Assembly (NCBI GenBank): GCA_040954595.2
Contig: CM082586.2
Span: 525,123-589,122 of the forward strand
Source: Balanoglossus misakiensis
Lineage: Eukaryota; Animalia; Hemichordata
DNA length: 64,000 bases
Direction of reading: 5' to 3'
Part shown: one piece after another, positions 13,667-27,344 of the stretch
How positions within the stretch are numbered: position 1 is the first letter of the stretch
Layout of the letters: each line of letters opens with the position of its first letter
The notes under the pieces: generated by a model
Told to the model about the DNA's origin: nothing
Database searches by the model: none
Seen by the model: the letters and a program-made list of their open reading frames with translations, nothing else
Position numbers and translations under genes: made by a program

Positions 13667-16600
13667 TCATCTAGCTACTAACTGCTGTACTTTTGTAAGG
13701 TCATGAAGTATTCGTCGAAGATTTCGCTTTATATGTGGAACATCGGTAGACACATCAGGACTGGTTACTGGACAGCCATATGTTGCTTCTAATGCTGAAA
13801 AACAGAATATGAATCTGGATTAGAATAGATATGCCTTGCAAAAGGAAGGTGAAGTTCTCTTCATGAAATAATACATTGAAACATTGTAAGTGTATGTGGT
13901 AGAATTTAAAAAATATAAAGATACCAATGCAATAAAGACATACCAACAATCTCTTGTTCAATCAAATCCATTCTCTTATCAAGTTCAGATTCCAGCTCTG
14001 ATACATGCTGCAGGAGATTCCATTCACAGACGAGGGGTGGAAGGGGTTCCAGTTCTTCTATGACATCAACTTCGGATACCTCTGACCTTTCTGATTTCAT
14101 GGACTCTGTTCTCTTCCTGCTTGTTCCCTGTGTGTGACACACATTGAAAACAGATTGATGAAAATGTCCTGCTTGGATATTTCAAAAGTAACAAAGTATA
14201 GATTCCTGAATAAATATTCTTCTTTTTGCAATCTACAGTGTTAACGTATCTGAAACCCACCTTTGCCTTGCCAACTGGAGTCCACACACCATTTCCAGTG
14301 AGCTTCACAGAACTTGGAGTCAGTTTACTTTGATAATCACCAGTATTTCCTGCCTCTTTCTTCCCATCTTCCATAATCGCCTTGCCTCCATCATTCCCCA
14401 TGACCTGTTTGCTCGTCTCATTCATCTGTTTACCACCTTCCTCTTTTTCATTTTTCTGACTGCACTCACCAACGTCCGCCTTCTTTCCTGTCTCTGAGTT
14501 CTTGTCTTCAGTTTTCTCACAACTTTCCAGTGTTTTGGGTTCCTCAGATCTTGAAACCTCTTGCTTGACAGTCCTTGGCTGTTCCTGTGATCTTGACGCT
14601 TCAGATATTTTCTGTTCAACATTTTCTGCATCTTTACAAGCAACCTCTGTACTGGAAGTACCCTCCACTGCCTTCTCTCTACTGTCTGTGTCACACTTCA
14701 TCTGTTGTACTTTATTTTCATTTCCCTGACTTTCACAAGTCGCACTATCAGGTGCTTCTTGTAAATCACACACTTTGGAAACTGTCTGGTTTACCTCAGT
14801 ATGTCTTTCTGTTTCTTGTTTCATATCTACATCTTGCACCTTTGCAGAGTTTGTGTTTTCACTTTTCTCAAGTTCTTTGGCATTCTCTTCGATGTCGTCA
14901 TTGACAACATCAACTTCCATGTCCTCCAAATCCTCCTCCACTTTACTCTCCTCTGTTTCCATGGCAGTATCATCAACTTTCACCTCAGCTTCTGTGTCCA
15001 TTGAGCTCCTGTTTTCTGAAGTATTTTCTGATGCACCCTTCCTACTAAGCTGATCTGATTTCGGTTCTTTATGATCTGTACAACTCTGCATCTCACTTTC
15101 ACTTGCTGTTTCAGTACTCTCACCAGCATCTTCCACAACTTTCTCACTTGTTTCTTCAAGTCTTTCCTTGATGTCTCCATCACACAATTCCTTCTCAAAA
15201 CTCTCACCAATATTTTTTGCACTTTCTTTGCTATCACTGGTCATATCAACATCACCTTGTGTGTTCTGTTCAGTTGTTACTTGATTCAAAGATTCAATAT
15301 TGCTTTCTGAACTCACATTACCCTCTATCTTATTGCTGGAGCTCTCACGTTTTGTGACATCATCACTTTTTGCACTTTGTGTGACATCATCACTTTTTGC
15401 ACTTTCTGTGACATCATCACTTTTTGTCCTATCTGTGACATCATCAGTGTTTGTGATTTTTTCGACATCCTTTGTCTTTATGACATCAGTTTTGTCATCT
15501 TCAGCCTGTGACGTCACAGTCTGTGATGTCCCTTGCTCAATTTTACAATCACTGCTTTCCACTTCCATGCTCTCGCACTCTTTGTTTTCTGTTTCAGTAT
15601 TTGTTACTTCATCTTTTGCATTCCACGGTTTCAGCCATTTGTGCAACATTGGATGGTTTGGTGTTCTGTGGAAAGGAGACACAAATTTACATAATTTGAA
15701 GAAAAGCTTCTCTCAGTTTTCTGCTTGACATTCAGATGTATGGACAGAGTTATATACATAGAAATGGGGGATGGGTTGAAATGAAAGTGAAAGATGACCA
15801 GAAAAAAAATCTACTCACTGCAGAATGTGAAGCTTTTGTTGAAGACCATGCAATATGTCTGTTATCACATGCATATCACCAACTAGGTCATGGGTTGCAA
15901 CTATGGAGGGAGCCATGGATTTAGAATAGTTTTCAGATACACAGCTGTAACCGGGTAATTCTCCAGTCTTCAACCATTCCTGGTCATACTTGTATTTGGC
16001 TCGACTTCTTTGACCTGAAAGAAAAATTTGCGGTCAAGAAATTGCAGAAATTATGACATTTGACCACCTGTATAAAATAAATCTGTTGATGATCGGAGTT
16101 TCTAAAACATGTCTCTGACCTTCCCAGAGTAGCTTCAAACTCAAGGACTTTTGCAGAAGTGAACAAAACCTACCTGCTGGATTCTTACAGTAGCTACAGA
16201 TGTATTTCTTTGGTACTGTATTTTCCGTCAAACCAACACACATACTATGTTGCCAACACAGACATGTCTCGCACTGTAAACAACAAATAACAGCCTGTCA
16301 GTTTTCTGTAAAAAAATTATCTCATTCCCATTGTTTTTTTACTTTCAAGGAAACACAATACACTAAAATCAACTGGTCAGATGTTTTTGCCACCAAGTCG
16401 CCTATCACACCATACCTGAATCATAAACCCATCTTCTTCATCCAGATTACAAACACAATGTACAATTTCCTCTCTGGACAAAGGATCTTCTATGGTTTCC
16501 ACGGAGATATCAGCTTCATTTTTCGCTCCTTCCTGAGTACCTGGGGTAGCAGTGGGTGTTGTTGATGTTGACGCTTGTTTCATTTCTGTCTCTTCTTTGA

Positions 16601-19600
16601 TGTCCATCTTCATTTCTGGTTCATTCACTGTGGGTATAATGATATCATCCATAGTCTTAAAACCACCATGTTCCAAAAAGAGAGAGATTTCTCTCACATG
16701 TTGATCATAAAATGTGAAATTCTGGGATTTATTAAAATGATAACAAATCATGGGAATCCTCACCTTCTTCTGGGATGCTTTCCACATTTTCCGGCGGCTG
16801 AACTGACACCGGCGTTTTAATAATCTGTTCCTGAGCAGCAGGAAGACTAGCAGGAGCTGAACTTCGTTTCTTTCTGTCTAAACGACTTGGTCTCTGATGA
16901 CTGGATTTTGTTGACAGTGAAGCTGGTTTGAATTGAAACAATCAAAACAGTGGTTAAGCACAGTGTATATGATATTGTTAAAAGATGCATGGAACCATGA
17001 TACTAAGATGTAATAGTCTCTATAGCAGGTAAATCAAAAGCCATGACATACAGTGGTACGAAGACTCTCGAGAACAAGTGATAAGAATTCAAAAACAGAA
17101 CTGAACAGAATGGTGAGCAAAGATTGTAACCACTACAGTTCCTACAATTTGATTGTTGATTTTTATAAGCAAGAATGTTGGTGAGCAGTGATTTTCACTA
17201 ACACAGTCAAATTATGGCAATACATATAGTAGCAATATACTCAAATTATTCCCAGCTCTTTGTATTTAATCTTACATTTAGGTGTACATTATTGCAATTA
17301 CCTGATTTGATACTAGCAGTAGCCGTGGGAACAGTTTCTGTAGCAGTTGTGGTTAAAGTAGCAGATGAAGTAGTGGTAGTAGTTGTTGCTATAGAAACAG
17401 TATCAGTTGATATGGTAACAGATGGTGAAGGAGGAGAAGAAGAGGAACTCGAACGAGTAGAAGTTACAGATGCTGTTGGTAAAAATAGATGATGAAATAT
17501 TAGTACCACTGAGCTAGGATGTCCAAAGATTAGAAGATTAACAATGCCATGGGTTTGGCTAGGTTGATCAAGCAGTGACTGGATTGGACTAGTTTCGACT
17601 GGATCTGAAGGAAATTTTAATGGCCAGGAATCTGAGCAATGATATCTGAATTAGTTTTCTAAAACCTTCTTTTTATACATTGATAAAGAATATCACTAAA
17701 ACTTACATGTCGACAGCCTCTTCTTGTTGTTTGAAAGTCTTCTACTGCTCTTAGTGGGCGGATGGTTTTGTCGGCCTGCGCTGCTAGCACTACTAGCACT
17801 TTGATGTCTGGATTTGGATTTAGTGCTGTGGTAGTACTTCTTGTGGTACTCCAAACCGCTCTGTTTTCGGAATGCCTTGTCACAGCCCTGTACATCACAC
17901 TTGAATTTCTTGTGGTCCAAGTCTATCACCAACTCTTTCGGTGCGATAGCTGCAACAGAAAAGTCAGAAAAGTACATGGCAGTTTTCATGTTTTTCAACA
18001 GGTTCTGAGGGAAGAGAGATGGTTAATTTATGTATTAGTGTTCTCTAGGGATTCTGAGGTAATCTGAACTTCGCAAGAGGAAACGAGAAAAGCTACCATA
18101 GTACAAGGATGTTTGATATGGCATAAATGTCTCTGTCGACCGTTCACACGGGAACATGTGAAATTCAGAGAACTTTCATCAAGTCATTTTCATGAAGTGT
18201 GTTAGTTGTTACATTGAATGAGAATAGTTTTATTCACTGGGTGCAAAGGTTATATAAGAAGAGACAAAACATTCTGAGTTAGATGAAAGTTTTGTCGTAC
18301 TTACTGGTTTTGCGATACATGTACTTACTGGTTTCTTTGTGAGCGATGACTTTGGCTTTATCTTTGGATCGAATCCTGCCTTCGGCTAATTCCAGGGCCA
18401 GTTCAGCTGCAACATGGAGTTGTGAAGCTGATGCAGATCTTTGTCGACTGCCTTTGGTTGGTTTTGTTGTCATGGGTTGCAGTGGAACTGCACTGGCTGC
18501 AGCTAGTGCTTGTGATGATGTCACTAAATCTGTAATCATGCAGATGGGATAAGGGGTCATGGATGATGAAATAAGCTTGGGGTTTACATTTCTTTGACAG
18601 ATTTGCATAACCCCGTTTTTAATGTACTAAAAAGTTTCTAAAGCCAAAGGAAACACAGTTTGTAAAGTAAGTGTTCAGAAACAGCAATACTTACTGTCAG
18701 ACTTTGTTGGCGAAAATTGTGGAATGGCCTTGGTAGGTGAATGTGCAGAGATTCCTAAACTACTGGTGGTCGATGTTTGTCCTGCGCTTGTTGCTTGTAA
18801 CATCCGCATCAGTGCACTCTGGTATTGGGGAGTGTCGGGTGGGGAATCATGCAAACCTGTAAAAGAAAAAAAAGGTTGCGCTTTGAATATGAAATCATTG
18901 CTACAAGAGATATCAATATGTTTGTCATTATATCTGTTATGTGACAGATTCATATATGGTTGTAGAGTAAATGCGGGAGATGGTCTTGAACATAAAATAA
19001 GGTTCCTAAAACAGGAACCTGCATGCAAGTAAGTAAGTAATATGGATGATGGATTTATACATGAAGATGACAAGATTCTCTCACCAGAAGAATATGTCTA
19101 AATGTGTGAAAAAAAATAGAGAAATTCATAAAAAGAGGAAAACACAGAAAAAGTCTGCCATCAGCTCAAAGTCACACTGGTATCTTGACAGGACATCTTG
19201 TATGCGTGAGAATGTGTGAAAACAAGATTGAATAAACAACATATATTTTGAATATATCGTAAGGTTGTTGCATCGCTAACATACAAACATTGTCCCCACT
19301 AGGAATCATAACATTTGACACATAAATCACATAAATCTGCCTTTAACTGACATTAATGAAGTAGATTATAACCTTCTTCAATTTAATTTAATGAAACAAA
19401 GCAAAGAAGCAATGTCAGTATATGCCACCTCATAAGTTTCACTTTTCATTCACCACATTAGTCTTGAAAAGAAATTTACGTTCTGTGTTCTCGTGATTAT
19501 TGTCAAACTACATAAATTGATTCAATCCTTTCATTTTGTTTACCGACATATTTGAACTACATGTACATCTATAAACGGATAAATTCTATCACCTACATGC

Positions 19601-22600
19601 TTTTACAAAAATGAACATTATCCTACCAAATTTAGAATATTTGTTTAATACATTTCAACCCACACTGTCAAAACCCGGGCTGTGTGTGCACATCGTAAAC
19701 AACATTGAGGGACACAACACATTTGCAATAACCCTCCAAGTTACATCAGCACATTGTTGAGTGACACCCCTTCCAACCTTACCTGGTATCCCCATGCCGA
19801 AATGGTGAGGTCCTACATCTAACATCATATGGTGATGAGGGATTGGTGGAATCAGATGAGGTGGCAATACTGCACAGAGTAAGCGACAAACGCCAAAAAG
19901 GTATGAAAGGAAACTAATTAATTTGCAAAATAGATTTACTACTACAATTATACCACATTTTGCAACAATATCAAGACCAACAGTGTGCAAAGTATAGCTG
20001 CAATGGCTTGGACAACAAAATGCACCGGTATCATGAATCAAATCCACCCAGATCAGTTTACCACTTCTAATACATGTCAATGCAATCCAGCCATGTTCAT
20101 AGACCACTGCTGAAATAGGCCCTGGAACCGATGATTACTTGATAAGTACTGTGCCCACAATGGTGTCATCTCCTGTACTGTCACTTCCCAAGTCAACAAG
20201 CAAGGACAGCGGTAAACTTAAGTCAGTAACAAAAGAAGACTTGCACAACGGAATGGCAAATTCAGACAGAAAATACACACAGACAGACAGAACTTGAATT
20301 GATATGCCCCATTATGGACTTGCTCCAGAGGGGACTAAAAACAAAGAGCAACATAAATAAAATAAAAGAGTCATACCTGTTGGGGAGAGATGTTGATGAT
20401 ATCCTGACAACGGACCAGTCGGTGACAGAGACTGAGGCATGATGGGATAATGAGACCCGTATGGGGAATGTGGTGGTGACTGTAAACACATGCTGCCACT
20501 GGAAGTGAGAGGACCATACATTCCGGACGGATGCGGAATGTGGTATGCAGGGTGTGAGGCAAGAGGAGGAGGAAGAGGAGGGTACAAACCTTCCCCACTG
20601 AGAGACGATGATGTACCAGAGGAGGGTGGGTATGTTCGTTGCGTGAGGAGGGACGCAATCACAGAGCCTTGTTTCTGACTCTGTAATTGACAATGTTGTT
20701 GTTGTTCTTGGTAGAGTCGTTGCAGAAGTGGTTGACTATTGTCTAAGTATTGTTGTTGTTGATGTTGTTGTTGCTGTACCCATAAGTCTGCCTTTTCTGT
20801 CTTCTCAGATTTTTCAGGTTGTGTTTCATTCTCCTCCTCATCTACAACCTGTTTGGCTTGTGCCTAAGAAGTGAAGCAAATATTATTATTATTTCTGATA
20901 AGAAATAAGAACTTTCTTATAAGAATTTGATCAATCTCTTGACAAAAATCAATGACCTCAGCACCAGTATTTACCTTGTGAGCGAGTTTTCCCGTAATTT
21001 GATCCAATCTGTCACTTTTATTCCTATATGACTTGATCTCGCCTTTAGATTTGCTCTCACTTTTCGATCTGGTTTCACTTCTAGAACTTGCTGAGATTGT
21101 TGACGATGATGTTGAAGATGCTGACGATGTTGTCGATGATGTTGTTGATGATGCTGATGGTGAGGTTGACACTTTTGATGCCAATTTCCCAGTAATCTGA
21201 TCAAGTCTGGCTTTCTTGGCCTGAAATGAAACTGGTGTAGCTCCTCGCTTTCGAGTTCCACTCTCTTTTTTAGTTTCTGAGAAAGATAAAAGGGAAATAA
21301 AACTTCATATGAACTGGTCATAATGGAATCAATAACATTTGCAACTTTGTAACTCAATTTGTAGAGCTTTGCTTGAACAAGAACGTTCATTTCTTGTTTC
21401 TGATACATTAAAATACATACTTTGGACCACTAAAGAGGGAACTGGGGGTGAAAGGGTTAAAGCTATATATTCGGTGTAATGGAATGTGGTATACAATACC
21501 TGAGCGAGACAATTTTGTTTTTTTACCCTGATTGAAGTCTTTGCTACCCAGCCTCTTCTTGGGAGTAGCACTTCTCGGTCGTTCAATCTCATTTTCAATT
21601 TCTGATGGCATATCACTGAACAGGTCCTGCAGACAAGAATGAATCGAATAAGTGAATTATATTTTTGATTACTCTATATCAGGACTGAAGAGTGGTATCA
21701 ACTTCTCTTCCCTTCTAACCGTCGCCAATATCATTCCATGCCACACTGTCTTTCCTGTTAGGAGACAGACTGGGATGAATTCACACATGAGTCCTTTCGG
21801 CTTCCAAACATAGTCATTATTACTACATATGTACTGCCAAACATATCATTGTTGCTGGCAAAATCAAACTTATGTTACATTCAAGGGATTGAACTGATAC
21901 AGGACAATTTTACCTGTGATTTTAGATGTTGTGGAAGTTCCTTCAAATTCGTAGGCTGAACTACTTTCTTGAAGCCATCATAAAAATACACATCATAACT
22001 ACCATTTGGATTAGCAGACAAGACTTTAGCAGGATAATATTTACAATCAGTCCATCGAGCATAAACCTCTTCTCCAGCTTTGTACGTCTGTACAAAAAAC
22101 AACGAATATTTCAGCATTTTTCACGAAATGTCATTTTTATCATTGTATGTCACTGCTACGGTGGTGATTACAAAATTCCTAATCTATGCTGCAAACTTTG
22201 CACCCATACCAAGTACATAATAAAACTGCCTACAAGATTAGAAAAAGAAAGAATTTCAACAAACCACGGCAGCTTGAGCAGTTCTGCTTCTTTCCTTGCG
22301 AGAAGAGGTGCGTACAATCGGTCGTATACGTTCACTATCAAACGGAACCCATTCGTCGTAACGTTGATTCCAACCTTCAAAATGGATCAGCACTTCGCTC
22401 TCCTCATCATCGACACAGACAATCTTTGACGGGTACCTTGTACGAAAAGAGACATTTTACAGTTTTTTACATTGATAGAACTTGACAAAATAATAATGCA
22501 ATTGCATCAAATCTTGCATACCCTGAGTGCTAGTTATCAAGTTCATGTTGTGCATATCTTCACTCTTACCATTTCTTGAGATAATCCATTGCTTCAATCT

Positions 22601-23599
22601 TTGTTCCAACTTTGAAATTAATTGCAGATCGTAACAGGGATTTACCCTTCGACTTATTGCTGCTGTCTCTCCTCTCTCTACGACCAGTTTCTTTCTCCTT
22701 TTCATCGTTGCTTTTCCCCTTCAAATCACCCGTTTCCTCCATTTTATTACTATCATTTTCAGATTTCTGATTTCCTTCTTCCTTTTCGTTTGTATTCTCT
22801 TCCTTCTTTTCCTTCAAATACAACAAATTTACACGAATTTATTAAAATCTCATACAGTTCAGTCTGGAAGCGGACTATCGAAAGAACCTTAAATTGTGGC
22901 CGCTTGGTGGCGCACCCTAGAAATTAGCATAATTGAATAATTACGGAAACTCAACAATGCGACCTTTTTTTCACACATAACGCACACTGCGCCACGCCAC
23001 CATGAGATAGCGTGACACCTTAGAATTATTACCAACCAAAAGTGGAAGCGACTGTAAAACATTTCAACGATGAATTATTACAGACCAACGTGTACACCAT
23101 TTGCAATATATATGTGAATAAATTATGCAAATATGGCTCATTTGATTTGGCATGGACCTGGCCATTGCGTTCGGGAAGTCGACACAATGTGCTCCGAAAA
23201 TCCACATGTACTCGGGTCTTTGACATTATAAAGCCGTAGTCACAGACAAAATTAACCAACACGACGAAATAATGCAGAATGTACAATAGTTGTGCAATGT
23301 CCCATTGCTTAAACACTGTTTATAAATTGACACGACACCCACACAATAGCCAATATGACGTCTGTGTGCAACACACACGCTCCCACATCACGCAATGTCG
23401 TGCCCGAGTGGGGAGTAAATAGACATTCATCAATTCGTAGCAAATGATGATAATGAGGCTTGTTAAGATATGACACCTGCATTCAGATGAATTTAGTAAA
23501 CTGAGCGTGTTGAGAATTCCCTAGAAATAAGCCGCTTTCTCTCACATCACCCAAAGAAAAACATAATGGCGTTAACAAACATACCTCCTTGTCCGCCAT
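13667..23599 (-). CDS. PHF20: PHD finger protein 20 / PHF20L1 orthologue (two Tudor domains, C2H2 zinc finger, PHD finger)
   Basis: Micro first exon MADKE at 23585-23599. Tudor 1: FKVGTKIEAMDYLKKW/YPSKI..IHFEGWNQRYDEW. Tudor 2: GEEVYARWTDCKYYPAKV. C2H2: [57 protein letters not shown]. Also ENYS..IVATHDLVGD and a C-terminal ILHDLTKVQQLVAR followed by a stop at 13667. Confidence 0.93.
15353..15445 (-). repeat. 27-bp coding tandem repeat (SDDVTxSAK) in the large PHF20 exon
   Basis: Unit tgtgacatcatcactttttgcactt repeated about 3.5 times. Confidence 0.85.
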
Positions 23600-23636
23600 G
23601 CTGCATTGAGTTACGTTTCCCTCTCGTCACACATGA

Positions 23637-23652
23637 ACACTAGATGGCGCAC
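23637..23652 (+). promoter_or_regulatory. CTCF-like motif between the PDCL3 polyA signal and the PHF20 start
   Basis: ACACTAGATGGCGCAC versus consensus CCACYAGRKGGCR; a YY1-like AAAATGGC follows. Confidence 0.5.
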
Positions 23653-24028
23653 TTCAAAATGGCAGTCGTGCTCTCAAATCCCCAAAGAAGATTTCATGAG
23701 AACACAGAAAAGTCATGCCTGTCAGAATCACCACACGCAGACAAATATAAAAATGTGTTTATTTGAATAAAATTGAGTCAAAGAATACACAGAGAAAGTA
23801 CAGATAGACATGAATGATTTTACAGTCTGGCGGAAGACTCCAGAATGTTGTAGCCAAAGAGAATCTCTCATTGTCAACATAACTAACTGCATCTTCTAAA
23901 ATTGTTAACTTCACAGAAATATTGCACCATAGGCGTCTTTTCAGCAACTGCAAATGTATTTAAAAAACCTTAAAATGCTCATAAATCTGTCATACAATAT
24001 TTTTGTGACTGCACTATAATTTCTGATG

Positions 24029-25503
24029 CTACCAGTCCTCATCATCATCTGAGTCATCAGCGTTTGTCTTGCCAGACATGGATAACATATTCCGTGTTTG
24101 AGGTTTGGGTTTTTCAGGAAGATCGGTTTTCACTGCTCCAGTCTCTGATAATTTCCATTCTAATTCTGTAAAAGTGAAAACAGAAAAAGACAGTTACAAT
24201 TGCTATCTTCCATACATGTCAAGAAAACATACTATATCCTTGCATACAATAATGCTTACCTTCAATGGTAAGATTTATCCCACCAAATTCGAGTGGTCCT
24301 ACAAACTGCTGTTTCATATTTCCTTCATAATACACAAATACTGTTGGTAAATTTTTATCAGGATAGTTTGGTATACACGTTGTTGATATACTCTTCAAGA
24401 ACTTGGTCACTGGAAACTTTCTGGCAAGCTCTGTCAGATAGTTATTGATCAAACTACAAAGAGGGATCCTTGGAAGAAACAGAAAAAAAAACATAATCAC
24501 TCATCATGTTCAATGTGTGAGTGTGGAAGCTTCCCATAGTCATATTAAATATTTGTGACAAGAGTCAAGATTTGTTCTCACCCTTGTTTATATAAATGTA
24601 AGACAACCCAGACACCATCACCAGCTTTGTTGACTTCTTGCACATAATCCTGTGCACTAATTTCTGTGACATCACCATATCTGGCTTTCATTTGAAACGC
24701 TTTGATTTCAGCCAATCGTTGTTGTCTGTAAGAGAAGAAAGGAAGGTAAATGCATTATGCAAATGTAAGATCTGGTTGTACACTCACTAATATTTAAATA
24801 TTCACTTCCTATTTTGATATTTAATAACATTTCCCATTTTGATTTTAATACCATTTCCTATACCAGTACCAATGACCAATACCTATATTGTTCAAGAATT
24901 CTTTCATCCTCTTCATCTTCAAATTCTGCCAATTCATCAATACTCATGTCTTCATAGGATTTCACAACTGAAAAACACAAAATTTATTTTTTCAGAAATT
25001 GAACCTTATAATATGAAACACTTGAAGTCAAGAAAGCATCAAATCTGGCCTACCATTTCCATCTCCTTTCTTTTGGATTGTTTCTTCTAGAAGATCCACA
25101 ACGTCGTCCTCTGTTACCTCTGCTTCCTTGGGTGGTATAATTCCTTTGGATCGTAAGATGTCATTCCATTGGGTGTCTTCATTTGGATTCTGTAAGCAAT
25201 AGCATGTACATCACAGACTGCATTGTGCCATTTTGGGTTTTGTTTCATTTCGTTGTGCGATTTACCACTGGCCAACATTCAATTTGGTATTCTTATTACT
25301 AAAACCATTCAATGTTTCGTTTCTACACTCAAGTATTTCTGTAGTGTTATTTATTGCCTTATAAGGTCATACATGTGTACGTACGTACAGCATGTACAAG
25401 ACCAGGCCTGGGACAGTTTGTACCTTGGTAGCGAAAAATCTAAGAAAGGATAAACTTTACCAACATGATGAGTACAAGCATAGAGGGATAAACATACCTG
25501 CAT
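24029..25503 (-). CDS. PDCL3: Phosducin-like protein 3 (PhLP2A/VIAF), 6 exons
   Basis: MQ|[61 protein letters not shown], acidic C-terminus DDSDDDEDW then stop. AATAAA on the minus strand at 23758-23763. Confidence 0.95.
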
Positions 25504-26786
25504 TTTGAGATTAAGTCAATGAAACCACAAAAATTGACAAAAGGCGACGATGTTGTTCGTTTCTGAGCAATCTACCAGTGACTCAGTGCCAGTAATGCAC
25601 TTCCTGGTTTAGATACACGCATGCGTCAGTTACATTGGTCTAATTGGAGGAGAGAAGTAGTAAACACCAGTACAAGGGTTAACGTTGTTCATTTGTTGAC
25701 CAAAGTTCACTTTGTTTGATGGCGAACCACACTCCCATTTGAAAATGTATCGGTGATACATGAAAGGTACGTAACCTAATTTTATTTCGGACATATAAAA
25801 AAAAATGTTTGAACATATTTGTACATATTTTACTTTCTGAAACGTGCTTTTAAAATTGTATGTCTAGAAGCTATTTTATAAATTTTTTTACATCGTCAGT
25901 CATGCGTTGAAAAGCTTCCTACAAGCGTGTTGTTGACACATTCAATATTTTTGCAAAGTAATCTTCGTGCTGTACATTACCCGGTATCTCTGTCATTAAA
26001 CTGAAGTGGTTCGATTTTAGTTTCGTTTTCCATATCATATTCCTATGACCGTGACAATATCAACGGTAATTTCTCAAACTTATGATTTTTTTTTTTGCAA
26101 ATAGCCTAGGCCTGTGTCTATATTTGCCGGAACATTGCATTTATATTTCAGGTAATAATTTGTAAATATGTTAACAATGTGTTGATCATTTCATTCTATT
26201 TGACCAGTTGCAAATAGAAATTTAGAAATCGTAACTGATTAACGTTAATTGGGATTGCTTTATCAGCCATGACCGGCCATCTAGGCGACTTACACCATGC
26301 CATGCCCCACGAATGACAAAAATAGAATCTAAACGAGATAACACCCTTGTATCGGAAGATATGCAAAGCATACACGGCGTATTAAAAGATGACGTCACAA
26401 GTTGGAAAATCATTTCAGCAACAGGTCCATCCCACTGGTAAAAATCTGCGCAACGTGGGATGTTCAGTGTTTTGCATTGTCGTTCATATCCAAGCATATG
26501 AATGTAACGTTCATCGGGTTTCACGGTAGCTTGTTTTTCACACGCGCGCTGGATGATGGATTCCTTTGTTGGAAAGCCCGACGGATTCGGAATTAACTGG
26601 CAATAAGTTACCCATCACCCAAGCAAGTTAAATATGCATGTCATGATAAGAACACGAGGAAAACACAAACCTAGAACAAACAACAGCATCATCTACGACC
26701 TTTTGACCTGTAGGCATATTTCCTTTCTTTCTTTTTTTCAGCCAATTATTTATTTTTGACCACTGCAGCAAATCTTGTTTTTCAAA

Positions 26787-27344
26787 ATGGGTTCTGGTAG
26801 CAGTTCACAAAAAGGCAAGACTTTGAACGGCTATTATAGAGTCAAGATTTTAGATCCTAAAAATTACGACAAGGTACAAGCTGTTGGTAAGATTACTTTT
26901 AAAGTGTATATTCTCTTTCAAGTTTCACCATGGCACCTGTGATTTAATGTGCGTGTAGTTTGTTTGATATCATGACGTTTTTACAACCCGTTTAAGGAAA
27001 TGGATCAGTTCCGTTAATTTTGGGGGAAACAAGTGTCATAAACCTTATTTCTGTCCTCAGGTCGAGTTAAACTGACGCTGACCTCCCTGTGCTACACGGA
27101 TAAAAAAGACGAATATCATGTACCGCTGGAAAACATTATCCGCTACGCTCTAAAAGACGGTATTGTCACCGTGGAAGTCGCCGGGCTCAATGCTACCCAA
27201 CGGGAAACGCTCAACAGAACTATATTCGCTTTCAAATCAGACTATGCCAAATATCTGTTCAAAGAACTTGATAAATACTGCAAGAAAGTTGCCAAGGATA
27301 TTTTTAAATCCACAGACAAGATGATGAAAGGTGTTTACACCTAG
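26787..27344 (+). CDS. 127-aa predicted N-myristoylated IRS-type PTB-domain-only protein (FRS2/DOK-like); exons 26787-26886 and 27061-27344
   Basis: aaaATGG start context, gtaag donor, cctcag acceptor, phase-1 intron. The spliced ORF is MGSGSSSQKGKTLNGYYRVKILDPKNYDKVQAVGRVKLTLTSLCYTDKKDEYHVPLENIIRYALKDGIVTVEVAGLNATQRETLNRTIFAFKSDYAKYLFKELDKYCKKVAKDIFKSTDKMMKGVYT. It has an MGxxxS motif and resembles the FRS2 PTB domain as I recall it (LRRYG...IFAFKC.RAEELF). Confidence 0.8.

Noticed and set aside
15820-16016. Apparent frameshift or absence of ORF in the PHF20 post-PHD exon
   Set aside because: On re-reading, the exon is open in one frame (GQRSRAKYKYDQEWLKTG..SMAPSIVATHDLVGD); the ORF track simply missed it.
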